This document shows positions 25,070 through 36,825 of a stretch of 64,000 bases of DNA, in pieces. The notes beneath the pieces were generated by a model. That model had not been told where the DNA came from. It made no database searches and was given only the letters and a program-made list of their open reading frames with translations. The DNA is from Mesotaenium endlicherianum (Eukaryota): contig WELA01003054.1 of NCBI GenBank assembly GCA_009602735.1, positions 460,952 through 524,951 of the forward strand. Reading direction: 5' to 3'. Both the position numbers and the translations under genes were made by a program. The stretch's first letter is position 1. The number at the start of each line of letters is the position of its first letter.

Positions 25070-28000
25070 CACCAGATAGCCCAACGGAATGTATGCTCTT
25101 TGGCCCAACAACTACCTGCACTAGATATTTTTCTTAAAGCTCATTAATGGTCCAAATGACTTGTCTCTTATAGATTCTAGAAGGTCATATCACAATCTAG
25201 GTCACTATGCTTTTTATTTTCAAGGAGATGTTTTTTCTGCCCAAAAAACTTCAAAAAAAAAAAATATTTCAAAAAACGATCAAGAAAATTGCATACTTTG
25301 AGTGACTACCACACCCAATAGACTTGATTATAGAGTTTTTGATTTTTGCCAGAGTTGCCTATATGGGTAAGGACTGTACTTATAAAAATTCACAGTTTAA
25401 CTTCAACATCCTAGGAGTTGTAGCATTTGGGAATTGGAGGTCCCATTTGGCCCCTTGCTTTTTGCATGGCCCAACAAGAGAATTATTATCAGCTTCACAA
25501 AACACACTCTATCAAGCTCAATACAAGATCTTTGAATATGAAATTGAAGGATATGGTATGTAAGATAGCACTGTTTTTTAATAATATTTAATTTAAATTA
25601 ATTAAACAAGAAATACATTAAATAAGTCATTTCATCATATTTCAGGAGCAAATAGGAGCAATTTTTTATTTTTCATATAAAAAAATGGTCTGAATTTAAG
25701 AAGGCAAAACAAAGTTATACTACTGCTTTATAGACATAGCAAGAAGAAAATAAAATTGTTATAAAAAAGAATAGAAGTCGGGTAAAATCTACGACAAGTG
25801 CGCGTTATCGCCTACTTCTGCCCTTAATCCCTGACCTCCCTCTTATCTCCAACATCAAGGTGGTCTATCTGCCTCTCTGTATGATACCTCTGAAAGCACA
25901 TAGAGGGACACAAGAATACATTGCAAGGCTCACACATGAAGTGAACCTTAGGAGCTCTCAAGCCAGATGCACAAAGCCCAAAATTGCCTGTTGTACACAC
26001 TACGCATCGTTTCCTGTCCTTCACCTTTGCACGAAAATGCTTGTGAGTCCACCTTGCACCTGCAGCAATTGGGGTTGGGATAGTTTGGGTCACCACCTTG
26101 CTAGGGCCTTCATCATGGGGCCTGAAGTTGCACATGGCATCCATGATCTCCAAGTAGTTGTCAAACCTGTCTTCGTCGGGATGTGCCATCTTGTACAAGA
26201 TGCACACATTAGCAAGTAAGCCATCAAAGATTTTTCAGTAGGCCCTATGCCACCACTTTCTATTCACCAACACCCTCTCAATACTATAGTTTCTAGCTAG
26301 ACACATAGCATCAATTTGATCAACTGCATCCTTGTACAAGTTATAGTGTCCTACTAACTCTGGAGCTGGCAAAGACACTCTCCCTTTTCCAACACACCTA
26401 AGCTGAGTTTTGGGAGCCAGCCCCTTTGCTGTAGATAAAAATGCACAAGGCCTTTAATCATTCCATACACATGCAACCATAGAGGGGTGCTCATTGTATG
26501 CAGCTATTGAGTGGCCTGGATGGTGTGCATCAGGCTTCATCCACAACATGCCAGCAGGATAGTCCTTCCTATTTGTAACAGCAGTGCCTGTAGCTGCATG
26601 TCCCATCTTAGCTAGTAGTGCAAATAGAGGAGGTGAGGTGAAGCCTCTGTCTACCACTAAATTGAAGAAAGTACTTACGATAGTATACTCACTAAGTCTA
26701 GTACAACTTGTGTCTTTTGACCAGGAAACTTGATTCTGTCGTAGATTATGAATGCATAACAAAAGTCAGTAATGGCATCACAGATTGTGAATACTTTCAT
26801 GCCATACTTGTATGGCTTAGAAGGGTTGTACATTTAAATGGGGCATTGTCTTTTCCTGATGGAAATTGTTCTTTCATCTACATATAGATTGAGTCCAGGG
26901 CTGTAATACTGTGCAAAAGTTTTGTGGCAAAGGTCTGTGAAAGGATGCAATTGCCAAAGCTTATACTCTCTAGACTCTCTAGAAAAGCAATCACTGTACT
27001 TATTATCCTTCACATGAAAGTATCTTCTTATATCTTTGAACCTGTTTCTACTCATGAACCTACCAAAACTAGGAAGAGGAAGAGGGCCCTTCACACTCTT
27101 CTGCCAGTATTTACTGAGTCTTGGCAATGCATGCAGCTCCATAGCCATGCACAGGCCATGGAAAATGTCAATCTTTGTGGTAGTAACAGGCAGTCAACCT
27201 TTGGCACCACTCACAGAGGCATACCTATTGGTCTCAACAGTTAGGTGCTCAAAGATCCAAATAGGCATGAGCAGACAAAAGACTCCAAATGTAGAGAGAG
27301 CTCGAAACCTTCTATCCGAGATGCCAAATAGCCATGATGATTGCTCTTACTCAATTGCAGCAGCTTCTCATCATAGGAATGTCCAGCAGCTGCTGGCTGC
27401 CAGTCCCATACTTCTTCAACTTCTTCCTCCTGGGCCTCCTCCACTTCCACCATGCTAACAGCAATTGGAACATTGTCATCTTCTACCTCCTCGGATGAGC
27501 TGTCTCCAGATTGATCACTGCTCGCATCAGAGTCAGAATCTAATGCTACTCCCTTGCCCTTCTCACTCATGCTAGCCTTTTTGGTCTTACTCATAAACTT
27601 GCTCCTGAAAGCAGGAGCAATGATGTTCCTACTTCCAGATGGCCTGCCTCTCCTTCTAGGGCCCTCGGATTCAATAGTTTGACTGTCACCCAAGCTGAGG
27701 GGAGTGAGCTCTTCCTCCTCATGCATCTCAGTGTCAAGAATAGCTGTTTGAGACTCTCGGAATAAGGCCTTAGAGTCACGCTGAGAATCCGGCTGGGTCT
27801 CATCAGAAATCTGCTTGTAAACACCTACACTACTCTTCTCAAAGCCCACAGTAAAATCCCTCAAGTTCGTCAAGAGAAAAGACTTCAAATACTTGGGTCT
27901 AGTCTTGTCATAAGGGAAGAAAAGAGTGTAACTATCCTCTTGCCCTTTCTTTTGCTCACACTTCTTCTTCACATTTCCGCCTAAGAAAATGTCCTCACAA

Positions 28001-28400
28001 TCGTCCTTTAAATGGTCATACGCCCATGTCCGGCCAAAGAACACGGCCGGTACTAAGATTATGCACCCTAATAAGACGTCGCGAGAGCTGTCGTCGTCAG
28101 CCATGGTGGAAATACAAGAAGACACACAAAGAAGAAGAAGCTATTTCGGGTTGAACAGAGCTACTTTTGTTCAAAGACATTGATTTCTGCTATGTACGAA
28201 AAATGACCTCCCATGCACGCAATTTGTCGGTTGCCTCTCGCAATTTAATGGCAGATACCTTGTGATATAGGCTACCGTTCTAGACTATTTTCATAGAAAA
28301 CGAATAAATATTGAAGAATTCCGAGCATGTGCTAGAGGGCCAAGTAGTTAGGCCAAAAAATGACATATGGGCCATATGCGCCCCTCCGGGCCATCTAGTG
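25070..28400 (-). mobile_element. piggyBac DNA transposon, degenerate
   Basis: TIRs CACCAGATAGCCC (25070) and CACTAGATGGCCC (reverse at 28388-28400), 11/13 match; TTAA at 28401-28404 and TTAAA at 25065-25069; transposase inside. Confidence 0.8.
25824..28104 (-). pseudogene. piggyBac (PGBD-type) DDD transposase pseudogene
   Basis: FGRFMSRNRF..I.RYFH, YVDERTI (D1), KPYKYGMKVF, VVDRGFTSPPL..GT..NR (D2), YNLYKDAVDQID (D3), C-terminal RCVVC..MCEPCNVFLC..CFQRYH Cys-rich domain; several stops and frameshifts. Confidence 0.92.
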
Positions 28401-28728
28401 TTAAACTGTGACTTTGCTTACCACTTGTGAAGTTCTTTAAGTGACTGAAATCCAATTTAAGAGAGGTCGGATTGCTCCTCATAAGAGAGACTTGTGGCCC
28501 TAAATATACAAGAAAAAAAAGTGTCAACTTCATTAATACCTCTGTTACTTATAACTTGCCAACAAAGACTTATAAAATATGTTAAACTATGGACATCTTT
28601 AGAGCTTTAATCTCGGATAACCGGCAAGTGAGGCGCGGATTGAATGCCAGATCACTTTAAGAGGCCTCTCCTACGTCCACAAATGTGTTCAAAGGTTGTA
28701 CTAGCACTCAACTAAGTAGCTAAGTTGC

Positions 28729-29448
28729 TGTAATGAATCAGTATATTAGTTGATATAATATTCATTTAAATAATAAATTTAAATAAGTTCAGCCTGCTGA
28801 ACTTTAGTTAATATCGAGTCTGCTGGACTTTATTAAATCATCAGTTTAATGACTCAGCCGGAAGCAGCAGGCTGAAGTCAACTTCGGTCAGCTTGCTGAC
28901 AAATTCTTTGAAAGTCAGCTGACTTCCGTAGTCGGTCGCAGCAAACTGCCTAGATATGCATCTAAGTGTGGTGTGCTAGATGAATGGCCAGATGACATCC
29001 TTAGGATGGATGGCGATTCGGGATGATGGGAGATGGCGGTGGATTTGGTTAACCGAGGTCCTACCAACGTGGTTAACTCCCGGGTAGGCGGTGCCATCGC
29101 ACTGACCGTTGAACAGTAAACTCATTCCATGTCCATATGCTAGGCATTGCTCTCGAGTTTGGCATTCGGAAACGAGGCCAACTCTCTTGTACAGCTTACT
29201 GAGAGAGATCTGAATCCAAGGCGAGAAGCCATTGATACGCACTGTCTTCTAACCTTGCTTATGTATGAGTTTACTGATTTGCATTATTGATGCTAGTTTA
29301 CTCGCATTTGACTTACGAGTATTATTCACTGCTAGTGTGTTGTCCTTTGCCGTTAAACCAGTTAACGGAAAATACCATAAAGATTACTTGCTGATATAAA
29401 GATCTTTATTAATTGTTAATCGCCTATTTGGTAAGTCGATTCATTTCA
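28729..29448 (+). repeat. B1 5' LTR
   Basis: tgtaatgaatc...gattcatttca terminal inverted repeat; PBS follows. Confidence 0.95.
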
Positions 29449-29482
29449 GTGGTATCGGAGCTGTTATCACAGTCTTCTTTGT

Positions 29483-30961
29483 ATGGTAAGGACAAGGTCT
29501 CAAACTAGCAACTCCCGAGACATGGAGAACCAGGATAACGAGAATGTCAAAAACCAGGCGGAAAGCCATGTAGCGGGAACCCGTACCTATTCTGAAGCAG
29601 TGGCAGATAGTGCAGCTAGAGAGGCTGCAAATGAGGCACCTGCTATTGCCGCAGTCTCAGCACAGCGAGTTGAGGAGGAGAGAGCCAGATTAGAAGCTGA
29701 ACAATTAGCAAAGGCCGCTGAAGATACAGAAAGGAGGGAAAGACAGCCAGCTGACGAGCGCACTGTTGAAGAACTTATGGCATCAAGGGCCAATGTTCTG
29801 AACTCACCTCCTGTTGTACAACTCAGTGTACCCCTAGGTCAAATACGTGACCGGCTGAATGCGGCAGGAATTGCTGCTGCAGGAGCGAGAGGGACTGTTG
29901 AGGACACTACTCAGCGAGTAGAGGCCAATGCTGCTGCTGCATATGCTAATCTACCACACCAGAGTGTAGACTTGGGAGCATTGTTCGTTTAGATGCAGTC
30001 GCAAATGGCGACCATGTATCAGTCCCAACAGGAGGACAAAAGAATCATAATGTCCCTACTGCGGGACAGAGACCAACTGGGGTCTCAAACCACTAGTGGT
30101 GGTGGCCGAGGGCCTAGTAAGCCCAAGCCGAAACCTCCCCAGGACTATGATCCTGACGGAAACAAAAAATATCACCTGATCAAGTTTCTCGCGGATGTTG
30201 AGCAGTGGCTGGAGAACTACCCAGAACTGCAAGATTACGAGAAGGTCAGGCACACCGGTGCGCTACTGAAAGGCAGTGCCGCAGACTGGTGGCTTTACTG
30301 GAAGGAAGAGCGTAAGGCTCGGCAACTCGGTGACCCTACGTGGGTAGAGTTTGTCGAGAAGTTGCATGAGAAGTTTGATGTCATCAACCAGCAGGAGAAA
30401 GCTATCTATGCGATGATCTCCCTGACACTGAAGCAGACCACTTCAGTTGCTGAGTTTGCTCAAAAGTTCCAAGAGAACATGATGAAGCAGCCTGATTTGC
30501 CAGAACGGTATAGGATAGCATACTTCAGGTATGGCTTGAAATCCGAGGTCTCTGGTCATTTTGCTGAGAAAAAGTATGAGAAACTGGCTGACTTGATCCA
30601 GGATGCTGACGCCTGGGATCAGCAGCAGTTCAATCACAAGCGCCAGAGTAACGCTTTGGTGTCTAAGATTGTCAAAAAGCCCCACGGTTCCTACAATGCA
30701 GTTGAAGGAGACCAGGCTGAGGATAATCAGGGTGATGAATATGAGTATGAGTACAATGCTATTCAGTCTAGAGGTAGAGGTGGTCCCTCTCGAGGTGGCT
30801 ATGGAAGGGGTGGTGGTAGGACTAAGCCGAGACCAGCCTCAGCAAAATCTACTTGCTACCATTGTCAGCAGAAAGGCCACTACAGAGAACAGTGTCCGGT
30901 CAAGCACCTGCCTAAGGTCGAGAGAAAAGACCAGCCTTTAAAAGACAGCAACAGTCAGTAA
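29483..30961 (+). pseudogene. gag: B1 gag (one internal stop at 29990)
   Basis: KPKPPQDYD..LLKGSAADWW..LKQTTSV, CYHCQQKGHYREQC knuckle. The stop codon is CAG in copy B2. Confidence 0.93.
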
Positions 30962-30984
30962 TCCAGTCTACTGACTGTGAGGAT
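30937..30984 (+). promoter_or_regulatory. Family B -1 frameshift signal with probable pseudoknot
   Basis: T_TTA_AAA (30937-30943), 7-nt spacer, perfect 10-bp stem ACAGTCAGTA/TACTGACTGT; loop ATCC can pair with GGAT at 30981-30984. Identical in B2 (56407-56454). Confidence 0.8.
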
Positions 30985-33900
30985 GCTAGAGATAGTGAGT
31001 CGTCACTAGCTGCCCTCGTAGCAGGTATTATGGGTCCTGCTGAACTGGATTCACTATGCATGCCTGACAACCAGATAAAGGAGACCATCAGCAATATAGA
31101 CGTCCAGAGAGTGCACACTCTGGATGCTCTTGTTCCACCTGATGTCCAACATTTCTTTGCTACGTCAGGAGAACAATGCGAAAGTCAGGAAAAGACAGTC
31201 CCCCCTATCCTACTGCATTGCATGATTGCAGGTAGGAAGGTGAGGGCATTTGTTGACGGAGGGGCGTCACATACTTTTATCCACAAGGACTTAGTTAAGC
31301 GGCTAAGGCTGCCTACTGTCACCCAAGGGAATAGAAAAATATTCCTTGGAGATGCCTCAAGTATCCCGGGAGGAGTTATAACCAAGCCTATTGAGGTCCA
31401 GTTAGGTTCTGGCATTGCAGTTCTAACTGAAACGCTTACATTTGAGGTACTCAACACTGGCTTTTATGATCTCGTGCTAGGCAGGTCCTGGCTTAATAGA
31501 CATCAAGCTGAAGTGTGTTGGAGCAGAGGTACAGTTAAAGTGAGAGGAGCCAGTGATGGGCAGACTGACTTGGCACCCACCAGTGCTCTTCCTCTTGTCC
31601 TGTGTGGATGGCAACTGAAGGAAAAGAAGAGGCTTCCAGAAGGATGCAAGTTGCTGAATGCAATGGAGTTCGTCAAAAGCTGGAACCAGAAGGAAGACAG
31701 AATGTTTTGTCTGCTGCTAAAAGAGGTACCTCCTCAACCTGAACAAGTGGTTGCGAAAAAGGTAAGCCCTCCGGAGCACCCTATTGCTGCAAAAATTGTT
31801 GCTCAGTACACGGATGTATTTGATATGCCTCCAGGACTACCCCCTAAACGGGAAGTAGATCATAGGATTGATTTATTACCTGGTAGTCAGCCACCCTGGC
31901 AACGCACTTATGGCTTGTCCTATGTGGAAAGCGAGGAGTTGAAAACACAGATTGCAGAGCTTGAGGAAAATGGTTATATTTCTCCCAGTATATCACCTTA
32001 CGGCGCACCCATCCTATTTGTTAAGAAAAAGGACGGCAATATGCGGATGTGTGTGGATTACAGAGCTCTGAACAAAATTACGGTAAAGAACAAGTATGCC
32101 TTACCCAGAATCGAGGACTTGCTTGATACCCTGTCTGGTGCTAAAGTGTTCAGTAAGATAGATCTCAAGAGTGGTTATCATCAAATCAGAATTCCTGAAG
32201 GTGATGAACACAAGACTGCCTTCCGCACACGCTATGGACACTATGAGTTCAACGTGATGCCATTTGGACTGACTAATGCTCCTGCTACCTTCATGGGTGC
32301 TATGAATGACATTTTCAGACCTTATTTGGATAAGTTTGTGCAAGTTTTTCTAGATGATATTTTAATTTTCTCTAAAGATGAAGCTCAGCACACTGAACAT
32401 TTAAAGACTGTCCTGGACTCTCTGAGGAAGAATCACTTATATGCTAAAATGAGCAAGTGTGATTTCTTTAAGGAAAGTATTGAACTCTTAGGCCACGTTG
32501 TAAGTAAAGAGGGCATCAGTGTGGATCCTAAGAAAGTCCAGACCATAAGGGACTGGCCAGTACCACAGTCGGTCTCTGAAGTTAGATCCTTCCTCGGGTT
32601 GGCTAACTACTATAGGAGATTTATTGAGAATTATTCCACAAAGGCCAGTAAACTGACTGACCTTACTAAGAAAGACATAGGGTATGTGTGGGGGGAAGAG
32701 CAGCAGGCTGCCTTCCAAACCATTAAAGATGCCCTTTGTTTTGCCCCAGTGCTAGCCGTGTATGACCCCAGCAACCCCGTGCAGGTGGTCACTGATGCCT
32801 CTGACTTTGCCATGGGTGCTATTTTGTTGCAGCTTGCTGACAAGACCACAAAGGATGGTAAGGTACGGCAGGAGTGGCATCCTGTGTTGTACGAGTCTAT
32901 GAAATTTAATCCAGCAGAGATTAATTACTCAGTGCATGATAAGAGCTGCTAGCTATCATTCATGTGCTCAAACAGTGGAGAGCATACTTACATGGTAAGG
33001 CCTTTAAGGTGATTACAGATCATCTAGCTCTGACCCACTTTCAGAAGAAGTCCAAGCTGTCGAGGAGGGAGAACCGCTGGAGCCAGATGCTGGAGCAGTT
33101 CCAAGTCCAGATCGACTACAAACCAGGGAAGTTGAATCCTGCTGATGCACTCTCTAGAAGACCTGACTTGCAAGATACGAACTTTAGTCAGCATGCTGTA
33201 GATAAAGTCCTGTGTGCACTCACTTCACTACAGGTGAAAAAGTCCTTCCTTGAACAACTTAGGAAAGCCTACCTTTCTGATCCAACATTTGAGCCCAACC
33301 CCACTACTGGTGTGTGTTGTGCTACTGCACTCGGGTATAAGCTGAAGGGAGGGGTCTGGGTGACTGAAACCACATCAGGCAGGCTGAAGCTGGTCATTCC
33401 TAATAACTTGGAAATAAGGTCTCTCTTACTGAGTCAAGCGCATGACAGTCTCCTGGGGCAGGCCAAAACTGTTGGCAAACTGGCAAAACATTATCATTGG
33501 GAGGGATTACCCTGGGAGGTCTTGAAATATGTCAACACCTGTGACCAGTGTCAGAGAAATAAGTCTCGGCACACACCACCCGGAGGTCTCTTGCAACCAC
33601 TGTCCATCCCAGCTGGACGCTGGGAAACTATATCCATGGACTGGGTGGTCTCACTACCAAGAACTGCCAATGGGCATGATTCCATACCGGTAGTCGTGGA
33701 TAAATTGACAAAAATGGTCATTTTTATCCCCACAACTGTCAAAGTGACTGCACTCGAAACAGCGAGACAGTTCTACAACCATGTAGTATGCCAACATGGG
33801 CTCCCTTCTAATATCATCTCAGACAGAGACTCAAAATTCACCTCTAAGTACTGGAGAGCTTTAATGGGGTTAATGGGAGTCCAACAGCTGCTCAGCACAA

Positions 33901-34750
33901 CAAAGCACCCTCAGACTGATGGCCAGACTGAAAGAACTAACCGAGTTCTGCAGGATGTGCTGAGAGCATATATTAACCAAAAACAAAATAATTGGGATGA
34001 CCTGTTGCCTCAAATTCAGTTTGCGGTCAACAGTGCGGTGCACGCGTCAACGGGCAAGACTCCTTTTGAACTCAGCCTGGGTAGAGTCCCTAAGTCCCCT
34101 CTAGATGTTCTGGGGGAGTCTTTAACTCACCCTGAAGGGATTGACAATCCGGTCTCCCTCCAGTTAACCCAGGAGTTTGCTGACACCCTGTCAAAAGTCC
34201 AACAAAACCTGCACAGAGCCCAAACAAACCAACAAAAATACGCTAATCAACATCGTCGGGAGCTGACATTTTCTAAAGGCGATTTAGTCAAACTGCATTC
34301 TCAGCACCTGTACCTCCCTGGTGTGGTCAAGAAAAAGCTTGGCCCTGTCTGGGTCGGTNCCCTGTGTGGGTCGATCCATGTTCGGTGGTGCGTCGTGTCG
34401 GTCAGAATGCTTACAAACTGAACATGTCAGCCGAATACAAGGGTCACCCGGTCTTTAATGTCTCCTTCCTGAAACTCTATATCAAAGGTGATACACTGTT
34501 CACAGGTCGGTTACCTGTCCAACCGGGAACGGTCCCCGCTGTCCGGGACGGCGATCCTGAGGAATATGAGGTCGATGAGATTTTTGACGCTCGCTCGATC
34601 CGTCGATCGTCTAAACATGTCATGAAGTACCTCATCCGATGGAAGGGTTACGGTGCCTCTGGGGACACTTGGGAATTTAAAGACCAGCTGACCAATGCCA
34701 AAGGGGCGTTAAAACGGTTCCACCTTCAGGCGGCTGGGGCACCGCCCTAA
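30940..34750 (+). pseudogene. pol: B1 pol (protease, RT, RNase H, integrase, chromodomain) with frameshifts
   Basis: [72 protein letters not shown]. Confidence 0.95.
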
Positions 34751-34954
34751 CTGTCCCTTCAGTAGACATGGGAAGGTGACAGGAGGTCCTGTCTCCATAT
34801 AAGTGGAGGGGAATGTGACAGTTGTGACAGGCAGCCCACCTTTAAAATTAAGTTGGAGGGAGTGGTAGTCTCTGATCACCATGTTACCCACTCAACCTGC
34901 GCTCACACTCACTTGCTCTCCAACTCAATTTTTCCTTATATTCGCTCACACCAG

Positions 34955-35062
34955 GTATTCCACTCTAGGAACTCTCCCGATCGCGTCCCTCTTCATCAAG
35001 GGCACTCAGTAGCGGCAAAATATCATGACTTCACTAACTGCATTGTGTTTATGATTGAGCAG
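34955..35062 (+). promoter_or_regulatory. Putative intron / splice acceptor upstream of ORF3
   Basis: CAG|GTATTC donor, CACTAAC branch point (35032-35038), CAG|G-ATG acceptor. Same layout in B2 at 60482-60583. Confidence 0.6.
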
Positions 35063-35063
35063 G

Positions 35064-36740
35064 ATGACTCAAAAGTCGGAACTCAAGAGGAAGAGAAGGG
35101 CGGAAGAGGCACATGCAGAATACTTGCAATTCCGTGGAGACATCGAATCATCTTCCATCACCGCTCGGGAATCACAACGACTCCAACAACAGCGGGAGGC
35201 ACAGAAGAAGAAGGAGGAGGAGGAACAGGCCAGACTGAGGCAGGAAGAAATGGACAGAAAAGCTGCAGAGGAGGCCAAGAAAGCAGAGGAGGAGAGGCAA
35301 GCTGAGGAGAAGCGGAAGTAGCAGGCTGAAGAAGAGGAACAGAGGAGAATCAGCAGCTACCGCTACACAGTGCTGGGCAAGGGCTTTGATCTACTGGAGG
35401 AGGCCTTCAAGTATGCCCAGAGAAGTCGCAGTGAGTCGCAGAAGGAAATCCTCCAGAGGGAAGGGGAGACATCCGAAAACTTTGACAAGTATATAGAGGT
35501 TAGCACGGGGCTCCTCCTCTACCATGATTATGCCAGGATGGTAGGGTATACGGTCAGAGAGGCCAAGGCAATGGCCCAGGTGAACGAAGCAGGGGCTGTC
35601 TCGATTCCTGGTATCTGGGGGGAAGATAGGGTCATCAGGATGATCCCCATGGACGCGGACAGCTTCAAGGACTCAACACCCCATAACAGGTTCGAGGCCA
35701 TGTACAATGAGGTGGAGAGGAGGAGCTGGGAATTCTTGGCCAGAGAAACCAGTCAGCTGGACTTTGCAGGGCACTGGTACCCTTGTACTCTTAAAAGGAC
35801 AGACCCTGCCTTCTTCCAAAAGCCCACCGATTGGCGGTGGATGACCATCAACATGAGGGACCGGCAGAATGACAGGGCGACGGATGAGGATTTCCTGACA
35901 GACCTAAAGGGGAACATAGTATTGCCCCCTCACATTGCGGCTTGGGACCCAAGATTGGATGGAGTCAGAGACTGCATGAGCCAAGAGATGCAGGGGGACA
36001 GAAGCTGGGCCCGAGAGTCATTCTCAAAAGGGAAGCACGCTTATGCCAAATAGGCAAGTAAGCAGGGGGAAAAGGACCTCTATGCGGTCCGGACTCAGCA
36101 ACCCCCACCAGCACCCAAAAGGGGAAGGTCCGTAGGATNCGTAGGATATTCTTTATCTCGGGAAGAGCTGGAGCAGCTGACAGAAGAGACCCCAGAAGTC
36201 TCAGAGGAACCCGGGGACGGCGAGGAGGAGGAGTCAGAGTAAGACGAGGAGGAAGGCGAGGAGGAGGATACTAGTCCCGTCGTGATCCTGACACCTGCCA
36301 CATCCCCTGTAAGGGAGAAGACGAGGTTGGTCCTGCAGCAACTCGCTGAAGAGGAGGATATCACTTGGCTGGGAACTGCCAGAGGACAGAGCCCATCTGC
36401 AGACACGGAGACCCCGTCAGACAGAGCAGACAGAAGGGTTGCTTGGGAGATAGCCAGAGGCCTGCCAGCATCTCCCTCGCAGAGAGGGCATGTACCCTTG
36501 GCTCATGTCATGCAACATCCTTCCGGGATGCCGGTATACATACCTATCAGTTTGAGGGCTGCCCAGGAGAAGGCTGCCTCCCTTCAGTTTCAGACTGTGC
36601 AGGAGGAAACAGCCCAGTTACTGCGTTCTCCGCCGGGTCCTTACACGCAACCTCTCTCTCTGACAGGCTTCAAAAGACCCCAAGACAGGAGGAGGTCTGG
36701 CTCCCCTGAGTATTGGGCCTCAGGGACATCTCCCTCCTAA
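35064..36740 (+). pseudogene. Family B accessory ORF3, variant a (~555 aa, unknown function)
   Basis: A single reading frame across ORFs 35055, 35370 and 36282, with only point stops (35319, 36051, 36240); homologous to variant b in B2. Confidence 0.85.
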
Positions 36741-36825
36741 TGGCAGTAGGCTGGGGACGGAAGGGACAGCACGCTGTTATTAGTGTTAGTGTTGTCGAGG
36801 CGACAACATGATATGGTGGAGGGAT

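Noticed and set aside
28915..29242. Recurrent small ORFs (MAPPTRELTT..., MRINGF...) seen many times in the ORF track
   Set aside because: They recur only because they lie within copies of the B LTR; endpoints vary and there is no evidence of coding constraint.
35064..36740. ORF3 as an envelope glycoprotein
   Set aside because: The position is env-like, but I see no signal peptide or hydrophobic transmembrane segment and the protein is highly charged.
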